Assembly (NCBI RefSeq): GCF_006345805.1
Contig: NC_043006.1
Span: 15,686,001 to 15,750,000 of the forward strand
Direction: 5' to 3'
DNA length: 64,000 nucleotides
Origin: Octopus sinensis
Taxonomy: Eukaryota
A program made the position numbers and the translations under genes. Below, one piece after another: positions 1 through 13,069 of this stretch (the first letter of the stretch is position 1; each line of letters opens with the position of its first letter). Below the pieces are notes generated by a model. That model ran no database searches. It saw only the letters and a list, made by a program, of their open reading frames with translations, and was not told where the DNA came from.

Positions 1-89
1 CACCAAAACCCCCCCAATCCCACCGTCCCCCTAGCACCCCCGATTACCTTTTCTCCTAAGACCTTTCACATATTGTATGTGCACGCTGT

Positions 90-187
90 AGATGTGTATC
101 GTATACATGTATAGAAATGTATGGGTTATAGTAGGATTATACGCATGTATTATGTGTTGTGTGTGCGTGTATGTATGTAAAAAAATA

Positions 188-256
<69 letters not shown>

Positions 257-258
257 GC

Positions 259-289
<31 letters not shown>

Positions 290-745
290 TAGATGTATGT
301 ATGTATATATGTATATTTGTGTGTATGCATATGTATGTGTATATGTATGTGTGTATGTATATATATGTGTGTAAGTGTGTGTATATATGTAAATGTAAGT
401 GTGTGTGCTTGTATGAGAATGTATGTATGTTTGCACACATGTATATATATGTGTGTGTATGTGTGTGTGTATGTATATGTGTGTGTATATATATATATAT
501 ATATATGTATACATATATATAATAATGTGTATTATATGTGTATGTGAGTGTGTGTGTATACATGTGTGTATGTGTATGTATGTATGTATATATATGCGTG
601 TGCATGGGTATAGTATATGTACATATGCGCGTACGCTCGTGTTTATGTATGTGTAGGTACGTAGAGTTATTCTGTGTGTATTTATATGTACATGTGTAAG
701 TATGTGTGTATATATATGTATGATGTGTATGTATATGTATGTGTA

Positions 746-780
<35 letters not shown>

Positions 781-888
781 TATATATATATATATATGTA
801 TGTATGTGTGTATGTGTATATGTAGGTGTATGTGTGTATGTATATATTTATATATATGTGTGTGTATGTATGTATGTGTATATATATA

Positions 889-945
<57 letters not shown>

Positions 946-1115
946 CTATGTGTGTAAGTTTATTATATGTATGTATCCGTCTATATAATAGGTAACTGCA
1001 CGTACATATACTTATATTTATTTTTGAGTATGCATTGTATGAATAACTGCGCGTATATATATTACTATTTACTTATTTTTGAGTATGCGTTAGTATGAAT
1101 ATATATAATGTATTA

Positions 1116-1156
<41 letters not shown>

Positions 1157-1294
1157 ATATGTACATGTATGATTTGTATGTAGGTGACATGTATGTATGT
1201 GTGTGTATTTATACTTATGGGTTGTATATGTATAGACTAGCCTTCGAAGAGTGTAGACATGAATCTGTAGGTACGCGTATATATATATATATAT

Positions 1295-1339
<45 letters not shown>

Positions 1340-2135
1340 TGTATGTATTTGTATGTAGGTGTACATGTATGTGTGTGTATTTATATTTATTGGTGTATTG
1401 TATAGACTAGCCTTCTAAGAGTGTAGACATGAATCTGTAGGTACGCGTACGTATGTGTATATACGTGAATGTATGTAGATGTATGTATGTATGAATATAA
1501 CGCGTGCGTGCGTGTATGCGTATGAGTGTTACGAATGAGTGAGTGTACGTGCTAAAGAGTGTGTGCGTGAGTGATGAGTAATTGTTTTCCAGTAGACGGA
1601 TAAATGGTCTGGCTGTCATAGCCAAGATGTTTGTGACAAGCGGCCAAAGATAACAAAAGTAATAAACGAAGATAATAAAATTAAAATTAGGGAATGGGTC
1701 TGTATTTGTATATGTATATATATATATGTGTGTATGTGTAGGTATGCATGGGTACACATATGTATATATATGTGTATATATATATATGTGTATGTATAAT
1801 ATATGTGTATATGTATGTGTATGTATGTATATATATGTGTATGTGTATGTGTGGGTGTATATATATGTGTGTATGTGTATATATGTGTATATAGGGACTA
1901 GTGTGCTGTGTGTGCATGTGTGTGTAGGATTTGTGTGTGTATGCGTGTATGTGAGTAGATGTGTGTGTATGTGTATATATATATTTTTCTGTGTGTATAT
2001 GTATGTGTGTCGTGTGTGTGTAGATATACATGTGTGTATACGTGTATGCAGTGAGTGTGTGTATGTATACCACATATATAGTGTATGTGTAGATATGTAT
2101 ATGTATGTGTGATTGTATATATATGTGTGTATGTG
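90..2135. repeat. Compound (TA)n/(TG)n/(TATG)n microsatellite field
   Basis: Direct reading; the overlapping Y/I/H/T/V/C-rich ORFs are repeat translations. Confidence 0.95.
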
Positions 2136-2348
2136 TAGAGGTTAAGTGAGAATCTCCTTTTACCTAAAACTCTATTCCCCCTTTATATATATATATATAT
2201 AAAAGAGCAATAAAGATTCAAGTTAATTTAAATGAATTTAACTTGAATATGGTACCTAACTTAGATGCACCAAAAAAAACTATACTGATTTAACAATACA
2301 GTAATGTGGGGTGATTATAAGCGAGAAAGAAAACAAGAATGGATAGGT

Positions 2349-2440
2349 TTTTAGTACGATCGTTTCATACAAGGACAGGTTTTATTAAAAGTTGCAAAGA
2401 TTACAGCATATAAAACGAGTCCCGTACTCATCAGCTAAAA
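2349..2440 (-). ncRNA. Type I hammerhead ribozyme motif (H1)
   Basis: Reverse-complement copy of the 2758-2848 motif. Confidence 0.7.
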
Positions 2441-2757
2441 TACATGTGAGTTCTCTAGACATCTAGTGTTTGAGGCTATACTCATGAAGTAAAATGAGAC
2501 CCCACCTCGTTGTAATTAACAATGGATAAATTTGTCTTCTGTGAGTATATAATCCCTCATCATATCTAGGAAATTCATATGGATTAGGTCACCTTCTCTG
2601 TGATGCTATCAAAACTTTTTTTAAATTCGTGATAAGGACTGTACATCATCTTTAAAGAACTTTAATGAACTTTAGAAATCTGTTTATGTTAATTAATTAT
2701 CTACATTACTTCATGAGTATAGCCTCAAACAATAGGATGTCTAGAGAACTCACAGTA

Positions 2758-2848
2758 TTTTAGCTGATGAGTACGGGACTCGTTTATATGCTGTAATCTT
2801 TGCAACTTTTAATAAAACCTGTCCTTGTATGAAACGATCGTACTAAAA
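2758..2848 (+). ncRNA. Type I hammerhead ribozyme motif (H1)
   Basis: Stem I UUUUAG/CUAAAA; CUGAUGA at 2764-2770; stem II GUACGGGAC/GUCCUUGUAU with a long loop; GAAA at 2831-2834; palindromic helix III ACGAUCGU; cleavage triplet GUA. Confidence 0.75.
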
Positions 2849-3312
2849 ACCTATCCATTCTTGTTGCTTCTTTCTCGCGTAATATATTATATTTTTATTT
2901 TTTATTTTTATTTTTATTTTTTAATATTTTTTTATTTTTATTTCTATTTTTATTTTTTATTTTTTATTTTTTATATTTTATATTTTTTATTTTTATTTTT
3001 TATTTTTTATTTTATTTTTTATTTTTTATTTTTATTATTCTCCTATCTAATTTAACACTGACTCCTTGACCACTCCCAAGTATGATTTTTTGCGCTATGC
3101 CTACCCCCAAAAAGTCCCACAACAACACCCCTTTAAACCTGCCTAAATGTATAATGCCAATACAATTCTGTTAACTAGCTTCCTGAAGATTTCTCTTGAA
3201 TGAAACAGTTCTAGTCCTGTAGAAGCTCCTTCTATATAATAAATTAATTTACTCTGCTATGTATTGAGTACCTTATTACTGTGGTTAACCCCGAATCAAC
3301 CCGGGACCTACA

Positions 3313-3350
<38 letters not shown>

Positions 3351-3384
3351 TGTATGTATAAATGTATTTGTGCAGTGTATATTC

Positions 3385-3774
3385 ATTTACTTTTTCAGTC
3401 ATTTGATTACTGGAATAACGCCTTAACGTGTTTTAGAGGAACAGATCGACCCCAGAATTTATTGTTTGCCAGACTAGTATTCATTCTATAACTTTCCCTT
3501 GTCAACCCCTCCATTACAAGGACGTAAACACACCAACATCAGTTGTCAAGTGAGAGTGAGGGGACAATCACAGACACAAGACACACATAAGTATATATAG
3601 ATATAAAACGGGTTTATTACAGTTACTCTCTACTAAATACACTCACAAGGCTTTGGTCGATCCGAGGATATAGTAGAAGATACTTGCCCAAGATGCCATG
3701 CAGCGGAACTGAACCGGAATCTATGTGTTTGGGAAGTTAGTTTCTTACCACACAACCACGTCTCCGTCTTAACA
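3385..3774 (-). mobile_element. tRNA-derived SINE family A (diverged)
   Basis: Reverse complement matches the head, central CA/TA tract and tail of the copies at 14412 and 25156. Confidence 0.75.
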
Positions 3775-4604
3775 CAGCTCTGCATACGCGAGATATAAAT
3801 ATGCATACTCTTTTACTCTTTTACTTGTTTCAGTCACTTGACTGCGGCCATGGTTGCTTAAGAGTGTGTGAATGCGTCTGTGTGTATGCAGTGGGGACCC
3901 AGGATCTTTTTTGTTTCCAAAAAATTACTATATTGGTTGGGAATCGCAATTTGTAACAAATGGACACATCTTTATGTATTCTATGTTGTAGCAGACCAGA
4001 AACATATAAAACAGTTATGCTCTGAAAAACCTTGGTCCCGGGACTTTTTTTTTTTTGGGTGTCGGATGGGCCAGAAAGGGTGTTACCCGGGCAACTAGAG
4101 CAACACCCCTGCCTCAACCACTGGTATCTATGTAGACGTGTAAGCTTGTTGCATTTATATGTGGATGGATGGACGCATGTATGCAGGTAAGCTTAATGCA
4201 TGTATGTATGTATGTGTCTATGTATGTATGCATGTATGTAAGTATTATGAATGTGTATGCGTGTGTGATTTATTGTGTCACCACTATACAAAAAGGTAAA
4301 CAATGCTAATTTCTTAGAGAGAGAAAGTTGTGTGAAATATTTGGAGAAGAGGATTGTTGACAATTTTAGGACCAAAGCTTTGTTGTTTACTTCACTTGAC
4401 TTAACATTTAGAACATACTTAAACAACCTGCCACTGTCTTGTGTGTCCCGACTACTACAATGTATCAGAATATTAATGCAATGTCATCGACGCAGTCCTG
4501 CAATGTGGTGGTAAACAATCATCATCATCATCATCACCCTCAGCTTTATATTATATATACATATGTATAAGTATATTATATACATATGTATATGTGGCCG
4601 TATA

Positions 4605-4674
<70 letters not shown>

Positions 4675-4789
4675 CAATTAAGGAACGGCCATAATAGGCC
4701 ATTCACCCACTAGAAATAACAGCCAAAGCTTCTACCGCAAAAAGATTAATTCCGTAAACAGGAGAAAATTAAAAAAAACATTACCCTGT

Positions 4790-4893
4790 ATTTCTTGTAC
4801 GGTATACCGTTCATCCGTGTTTAATGGTAAACTAACCTGATTAAATTAAATCAAGCCAATCTTCCATAAGCCTCGGATTCTTCAGCAAGAAAT
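4790..4893 (-). ncRNA. Type I hammerhead-like motif (H2), GAA core variant
   Basis: Minus strand: AUUUCUUG-CUGAAGA-AUCCG-[~56 nt]-CGGAU-GAA-CGGUAUACCG-UA-CAAGAAAU. 8-bp stem I, 5-bp stem II, palindromic helix III; one A short of GAAA. Confidence 0.6.
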
Positions 4894-5271
4894 GCTCAAG
4901 TCGGGACAGATATTTACACGAGGCTACCCAATCTTGCCAAGGCAATATCTGACCTAAATTTTCAAATCGTCGCACTCGCGCCAAATTTATCGGCAGCAAA
5001 TAAATATCAGCCGTCGATTCCATTACGGAATTAACCCAAAAAATTCATAATTAATCAATATAGGGTGGCAAGAAAAATTTTGTAGAATTTTATTGCCACC
5101 AGCGGCCCAGTAGGAAAAAATTAAATAGTCATAGACCATTTTAAGTTCAACATTAACAATTAAGGAACGGCCATAATAGGCCATTCACCACTAGAAATAA
5201 CAGCCAAAGCTTCTACCAGCAAATAAAGATTATTCCGTAACAGAGAAAATTAAAAAAACATTTGCCCTGTA

Positions 5272-5375
5272 ATTTCTTGTACGGTATACCGTTCATCCGC
5301 TGTTTAATGGTAAACTAACCTGATCAATTAAATCAAGCCAATCTTCCATAAGCCCTCGGATTCTTCAGCAAGAAT
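5272..5375 (-). ncRNA. Type I hammerhead-like motif (H2), second tandem copy
   Basis: Same motif as 4790-4893, one period downstream. Confidence 0.55.
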
Positions 5376-5931
5376 AGCTCAAGTCGGGACAGATATTTAC
5401 AACGAGGCATACCCAATCTTGCCAAGGCAATATCTGACCTAAAATTTTCAAATCGTCGCACTCGCGCCAAATTTATCGGCAGCAAAAAATATCAGCCGTC
5501 GATTCCATTACGGAATTAACCAAAAAATTCATAATTAATCAATATAGGGTGGCAAGGAAAATTTTGTAGAATTTTATTGCCACCAGCGGCCCAGTAGGAA
5601 AAATTAAATAGTCATAGACCATTTTTAAGTTCAACATTAACAATTAAGGAACGGCCATAATAGGCCATTCACCCACTAGAAATAACAGCCAAAGCTTCTA
5701 CCGCAAATAAAGATTAATTCCGTAAACAGGAGAAAATTAAAAAAACATTTTCTTGCCACCCTATATTGATTAATTATGAATTTTTTGGTTAATTCCGTAA
5801 TGGAATCAACGGCTGATATTTATTTGCTGCCGATAATTTGGCGCGAGTGCGACGATTTGAAAATTTTAGGTCAGATATTGCCTTGGCAAGATTGGGTATG
5901 CCTCGTTGTAAATATCTGTCCGACTTGAGCT

Positions 5932-6035
5932 ATTTCTTGCTGAGAATCCGAGGGCTTATGGAAGATTGGCTTGATTTAATTTAATCAGGTTAGTTTACCA
6001 TTAAACAGCGGATGAACGTACACCGTACAAGAAAT
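5932..6035 (+). ncRNA. Type I hammerhead-like motif (H2), inverted copy
   Basis: ATTTCTTG-CTGAGA-ATCCG...CGGAT-GAA-CGTACACCG-TA-CAAGAAAT; has extra indels. Confidence 0.45.
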
Positions 6036-6250
6036 TACAGGGTAAATGTTTTTTAATTTTCTCCTGTTTACGGAATTAATCTTTATTTGCGGTAGAAGCT
6101 GTGGCTGATTTCTAGTGGGTGAATGGCCTATTATGGCCGTTCCTTAATTGTTATGTTGAACTTAAAATGGTCTATGACTATTTAATTTTTTCCTACTGGC
6201 CGCTTGTGGCAATAAAATTCTACAAAATTTTCCTTGCCACCCTATATTGA

Positions 6251-6295
<45 letters not shown>

Positions 6296-6326
6296 GGTGT
6301 GGTGTGTGTGGTGTGTGTGTGTGTGT

Positions 6327-6530
6327 GGAGCGCAATGGCCAGTGGTTAGGGCAGCGGACTTGCGGTCGTAGGATCGCGGTTTCGATTCCCAGACCGGGCG
6401 TTGTGTGTGTTTATAGAGCGAAAACCCCTAAAAGCTCCACGAGGCTCCGGCAGGGTGGGTGATCCCTGCTGTACTCCTTCACCACTCTTTCTCTCACTCT
6501 TTCTTCGGTTGGCCTGCTCGCTTAGCCAGC
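6327..6530 (+). mobile_element. tRNA-derived SINE family C, 3'-truncated
   Basis: A-box-like TGGCCAGTGG and B-box-like GTTTCGATTCC; matches 16106-16488. Confidence 0.75.
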
Positions 6531-9447
6531 ACATAGCCGCATAGTCTCTGATGTTGGAATACTTAGTGAACGCACATGCTAGCCTATCACATGGGATATC
6601 CTAGAAACGACTGGAGGACTTCAAATTATATATTGTAAATGACTTGATATATTCTTCCTGCCTTCGATTTATATTGTCCGTTCCCTTTAATTAATATACA
6701 AATACACACACACACATATATGTATATGTATATATATATATAGTATATATATATATATGTGTATTATATATATATATTATATATATATATATAATATATA
6801 CATATATGTATACACTCACATGCATGTATATATATGATATATATATATTGAATTTTGACTTTATATATATATATATATATTATGTGTGTGTGTGTGTGTG
6901 TGTGTTGTGTTGTGTGCGTGTGTGGTGTGTGTGTGTGTGCGTGTGCGTACACTTACACACACACACACGCACATATGGTTATATATAATCTTTTACTTGT
7001 ATGAAATAACAATGATGTTTATATTTCAGGGTACACTGTCTTGTTACAAATACTGATATCTTCAAAGTCTTTGAATATAGCTGTATTCAAATATATTTGT
7101 AAAATTATTGTCTGTAAAATTATTGCGAATCCTACTTTCCTGAAAAAGACGAAATGCAAATCCCATCTGTCAGGTTTTAAAATTTAGACGCAGAAATCTC
7201 CGAAATTGATGTATAATTAAAGGGTGTTTTTAATAAGGTGCTTTCATCAGATTACTTTCTTTTTGTTGTTAGTAGATGGAAACCTGATTGTGACTCTAAA
7301 AAACAATTATATAAATCGTAATTTGTCTAATCAAAGATGTAAAAACAGCGTTGCGAATTCAACTTATAAATTATGGTGCGAATCACTCGCATAGGGAATG
7401 ATATTATTTCTACTGAGATTTGATGGCGAATTTTGTAGGTTTTGGACAAGTATAGATACAATATCAATTTGTTCGATTGTTTGCCTCAGACTTTTAAGTA
7501 ATTTACATTATGATGAGTGATGTACTTCAACACATCTCAGCCCCCTGAAGTTTCGTGTCTTGTCTAGGTTTTACATTAATCACCTCACGTTATTTATGTT
7601 TATAAAGACTTTACGAAAATGCATGTACTTCAATTACTATGTTAAAATTTACTTTTTGGTTAGTCGTTCAAAGTGAATAGATTGTGTGATAAATAACTAC
7701 TTTTAATTGCTCGTAGATTGTAAGTATGTGTTTTAGAATTAACTGAGAAAATTCATAAACGAAATATGAAAAGCCCTTTCGTTTTCTCTGATTCATCCCC
7801 ATATGAATATCATTACAATAAATGTGTGTAGAAATTTGTTAAATAAAAAATAAAATAATCTAACAGAATGAATTTATACAACATTAGAATAGCCCATAGC
7901 CCTTTGCTTAAGCTGGTTTTATCTTTTATCTTTTGCTTGTTTCATAAAAGAAATAGATTCTATGCTCGCATCCCGTCGCACCGTCTTCAGGTTTGAAAGG
8001 AAGCTGTGCACTAGAGAGGGCACTCTAAATAACTTCCCCCACCAAATTCATCCACAAAACCAGGTGCAATAAATCATTTTATTATTTTGTTTTCTCTCAA
8101 AAGAACTGGAAGGGATATCAAATGTAAGCTGTTGAGTCAATGTCAAACGTCTCTTGTATAAAGATAGAGAAGACCACTACTTATAGCGAGATATAGTTTG
8201 GCCCTTTAAACATGCGAGTTCACTTTAATGGGTGCAATTTAATGTGACTGTACCCATGGAAGACGATATGAAAGATTTTGTATTTACGGCTAGCTAATTA
8301 ACAGAAGCAGCCTTATTTCCAGCCATAAACACAAGACCATGTAGACCCCCGCTTTTGCCGAGAAGAGTCAAACGGAATCGTGACTGAGAGTTATTGCATT
8401 TTAGTTCTGTAGTATCAAGTGAAATAAAAAACAAAGCGATTGGGATTATTATTGTCTGTGTTTTGACAAATATAAGCATTGTCTATTTACTTTCAGTCGT
8501 TATTGTAATTTATCTTAAAACCATGTGTCACCAGACATATGTTCTATATGATTATAAAATTTCTCAACCGACATGTCATTATACCGATTGTAATCATTTT
8601 CCTGGTAACTTATGCATTTCTTATAGGACATAATACATACTTAGCATTAACTTCGACGACAAAACATTGTCGTTCATCTGCGAGCGAGTGGGTGTTGAAG
8701 ACGAAGAACTAGCAAATCAAGCATTTGGGAAAGACTGATGAGAAAAAGATTTCAAAAGAAAATAACGTAGATATAAGGAAACTATCGGCTACAAAAAGAC
8801 GAGTAAGTTTCCATATTTACTGGTTCTGACAATCCATATATCTCTAATATATACATATATGTCTAATCAGAGGTCCCATGATTATCGGCCTCTTCCACAA
8901 GAGAAACACACATACATTTACACCCCCAAAGAAAATTAATTGACATAACGCATTTTGATTGATTTCTTTCATTGTTTGAAAATCATTAAAGTCTGAGAAA
9001 AATGAGAGTAGTAATTACTGAAGTTTTCTGCTTAGCTTATCATTATCATTATCCTCCATTTTCTTTTCCTGGCTTATTTATGTCACGTCTCGGCTCCTTT
9101 TGAGGTTTTATACGCTCATCATCTGAAAGTTCTACATCGCTGCTCTCTACTTTTCACTCTCTCCTCATTTCAAGAGCAGCGCATTTATCTGGATCGAATG
9201 TTGGCGGGATGACGTGAGAAAATTCGTACGGCTGAATAGGGGAATCCAGTTGATCTCTGGCAGCTGGCAGAATTCTTAGCGGCATTTCGTCAGTCTTTAC
9301 GTTCTGAGTTCAAGTTCCGTCCTGGTTGACTTTGGGTTTCATTCTTTCAGAGCCGAACAAACAGACATCAGTTAAGCACTGGGATCGATGTCATAGACTA
9401 GTTCTTGAACCACATATTTCAGGACTTCTGCCTATAACAGAAGAAAA

Positions 9448-9501
<54 letters not shown>

Positions 9502-9521
9502 GTTTGTTACTACTACTACTA

Positions 9522-9557
<36 letters not shown>

Positions 9558-9576
9558 ACTATTACTACTACTACTT

Positions 9577-9616
<40 letters not shown>

Positions 9617-9739
9617 CACTACTACTACTACCACTACTACTACTACCTCTTTAATGACGTACTCCACGTCCGAATATCCATATCTCTTTCACATTCTCTC
9701 TCAATATATATACATACACACTCAGACACGTACACACAG

Positions 9740-9791
<52 letters not shown>

Positions 9792-9911
9792 CATATTCAA
9801 TTCAATACTCGGTTACTTGACACATGGCTTAGAAACGCGGGGTATGGATTTCGAGACTCTAGTAATTGAAACCAAGTGTAAAAGCTAAGAAGCAAATTTA
9901 AAATATATATA

Positions 9912-12900
9912 TTTTTTTCTAGTTTCAGCCCAGAGCTACGGCCATGCTGATGCACCGCCATTTTGTGCTACACTGTTATTGCGAAGAACCTCGTCTAATA
10001 AGTGGCACTTGGTGAAGAATGGAGTTTGATATAGCTACTCTCATTTGCACCTCTTGCCGTGAGGTAGGTTCATCTGGGACTCTCGACAGGAAGATGTCCA
10101 ACTTTGATTTAAAAACCGCTACATCCACTTTGTGCAAGTTCCTCAGACTCTTTGGGAGAATATTAAAAAGCTGTGGGCCCTTGAAACCCAGGCTGTTGCA
10201 GAAGCTGGTCCTGAAGCGTAATGGCATTGCTGGGATCTTTGGCATTATGCAGTGTCGTCCCGTTTTAGTACTGGTGTAGCTTACAATGCCAATTTGGCAC
10301 AATTTCTTCCAGGATCTTCCAGACATATATTACTGCATATCTCTCCCGTCTTCTCTCCAGTGAGTAGAGTCTTAGTTATTTCAACCTTTCCCAGTAGCTG
10401 AGCTGTTGCAAAGAGACGATCTTCTTTGTGAATCTTCTCTGGATTACTTCAAGATCCGCTGTTAATTTTACACTGGAGGGTGACCATAGCTGTGAGCAGT
10501 AATCCAGGCGGCTGAGGACGAATGTCCGCCAGAGGACCATCATGGTTTCCTTATCTCTGGTTCTGAATGTTCTTAGGATCCACCCAGCCAGTCGTCTGCA
10601 CTTTGTCGCCATCCTGGTAATGTGCACTTGGAAAGAGGTATCACCACTCATGTCGATACCCAGGTCCCTCAGAGACTTAGGTTCTGGGATTGAAATTCCC
10701 TGTGGACCGGTGTATCCTGTAAGTTTAATATTCAGTTTTGGATGCTGGTAATTTTGGATGCTTGGAATTTTTCAGCATTAAACTGCATATTATTATCCTC
10801 AGCCCATCTGTAGATTGAGTCCAACTCCTGCTGTAGGTGTGCAACATCGCTGGGGTTCTGTATTTTCTGCGAGACTTTCGTATCGTCTGCATAGCTGGCC
10901 AGAGTGGCTATCCGGGCATTTGAGGGCATATCTGAGAGGGCCACTATAAAAAGCAGTGGTCCCAAGACAGTGCCCTGTGGAACATCGCTCACTATTTGTG
11001 TGTTCATAGAGGTGGTTCCATTAACCACTACTGCATGACTCCTATCTTTCAGGAAGTCATGTAACCACACTCCAAGTTTTCCAGCTATGCCGAGGTCACG
11101 CAGCTTGTGGCATATCATACCATGATCCACCTTGTCAAAAGCTTTTGCAAAATCAAGGTAGATTACGTCCACATTTGATTTGTTGAGTAACTGCCTCAAC
11201 ACCCAGTCATAATGTTGTAAGAGCTGAGTCAGGCAGCTCCTACCTGGTCGAAAACCATGCTGGGTATCACTCAGCAAGTTATTTTCCTCAAGGAATGCGA
11301 TTAGTTTCTTTCTGACTATCCGTTCCATGACTTTGCTGATGTCTGAAGTCAGAGAGATAGGCCTATAATTTTTGGCATCTGCTCTACTTCCCCCTTTATG
11401 TATTGGGCATATTATTCCCTCCTTCAGCTTGCTTGGTAGTTTGCCATTCGCAAGAAAGCTCTGGAAGAGAATCTTGAGGGGTTTTGCCAGGGCATGCTTA
11501 CACGCTTTAAGGAGGATGGCTGGGAAACCATCTGGACCAGCAGCTGAGTTTGTGTCCACTTCATCTATGGCTAGTAGGACATCTTTTTCGCTAATGTCAA
11601 TACATTATATTGTAACCGCCTCGCTGGTTATAGGTGAGGCGGCAAAGAAGTCCACTGGTTCGTTCACTTGTCTGTGTTCCAACGGGGTGGTAAAGACACT
11701 TTTGAACTGGTCATTCAGCATCTCACTGATCTTAGTTGGACTGTCTGTGAGGGAGCCATCCTTTTGGAGGAGGGGTCCTATCTTGTAGTGCACTGAGACT
11801 GTTTCTTTCGCGTAATGAAAGAAGGCCTTTGGGTTTGATTTAATATTTTTTATAACCCAGGCTTCTTTGTCTGCTTTCTCCTTCACATAGGATTGTTGCA
11901 GCCTTTTTTCGATCTCCATCAGTGTTGTTTTTAGGCGGGACGTTTCGCTACTTTTGGGATGTTGGTTGAGACGATTTGCAACCTTCGTCCGTCGTCTCAT
12001 GAGGATCTTCCTGTCTCTTGGAATCTTGCTCCTATTTGTTTTGGCTTTGTGCTCTGGGACATATTTCTGGCATACGGCTTGCACAGAAGACATGAAACAT
12101 TCTAGTTTCATGTCAATGTCTGGTGTGGAGAGACATTCCGGCCAGTCCTCTCTGAGGATCTTTTTGAATCGATTTCTAATCTGCTTTGTGGAAGTTTAGA
12201 TTGGAGAGATTTCGGGTGCTTCCTTTAGGCTGTATGTCTCTGGTTACTTTTGGCCCAAACATAGACAGCTCTATTATGTTGTGATCCGAAACTGATGTCG
12301 GTGTCACTTTCACATCATGAATGATGTCCATATTGTTCGTGAAGCAGAGATCTAGAATGTTATTCGCCCTAGTTGGCTTGAGTACAACTTGCTCCATGAA
12401 TAAGGCATTGGTGAGGTTGAGCAGGGACTCCACCTGTACTTGCTTGCAATGATTCATTCCTGAGAGTATGTGACCTTCGAGCCATTTGACGTAGGGGAAG
12501 TTGAAATCATCCATAAGAAATATGGTCACGTGGTGTTCCAGATTCATGAGGATTTCTTTAATTCTTGTGAGGCACTCTTCAAACTTGCCTGTATGATCTG
12601 GGACATCCGGTGGGCAATATGTATTGCATATGACAATATTATGTTGTCTTATGTATACAATTAAAGTGTCACATACCGAATTTGAGTATGTCATTAAGAG
12701 CTGGGGTGTGAGGTCATCTCAGATGTATACAGCAACTCCACCATGGCTCCTTCCCCTTCTGTCTGTTCGCAGTATGGCATAGTTTGGTATGTGTAATTCT
12801 GCGTCCTCTATATCAGGGTTGAGGTGAGTTTCCACAAGTGCTATGCATAGGGCTTGATTACATGCAGTAAGATCTCTCAGAAAAGAAATTGTGGTTCTAT

Positions 12901-13069
12901 TTTGATGCAACAGGCCCCCAATATTTAGTAAAAGTATTGGGGTGACGGATGTGCAGGCGTTAGGGGAGGCCATCCCGTGTCTGTTGACTGTGGTGGTCTT
13001 GCATAGTGGTGGGCAGGGTTCCTTCTCTGTGCTTGGTGTAGCCAGGTTAGCTGCCGGACAATTCTTTGC

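Larger units (their letters stand above)
2203..2879. mobile_element. Non-autonomous Penelope-like/retrozyme-like element (family H1) with internal inverted duplication
   Basis: 2321-2492 is the reverse complement of 2707-2879. The remaining parts match the contiguous copy at 14888-15303. Carries hammerhead motifs and is flanked by TA runs. Confidence 0.7.
4673..6256. repeat. ~482-bp unit: 2.2 tandem copies plus one inverted, circularly permuted copy (family H2, retrozyme-like)
   Basis: Units start AACAATTAAGGAACGGCC at 4673, 5155 and 5639; inverted copy 5749-6256; (TA)n on both flanks. Confidence 0.9.

Noticed and set aside
31-2112. Many long ORFs rich in Y/I/H/T/C/V (also poly-I/L/Y ORFs at 22-23, 33-35, 41 and 59-61 kb)
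   Set aside because: Translations of dinucleotide and trinucleotide microsatellites; no domain content.
3889-4124. CAGTGG...CCACTG possible hAT MITE
   Set aside because: Only 6-bp terminal match and no 8-bp TSD.
4841-5023. 60-aa ORF in the 482-bp unit, and a faint GIY-YIG-like plus-strand peptide (KSGQIFTTRHTQSCQGN)
   Set aside because: No conserved catalytic motif and indels differ between copies; too weak to call.
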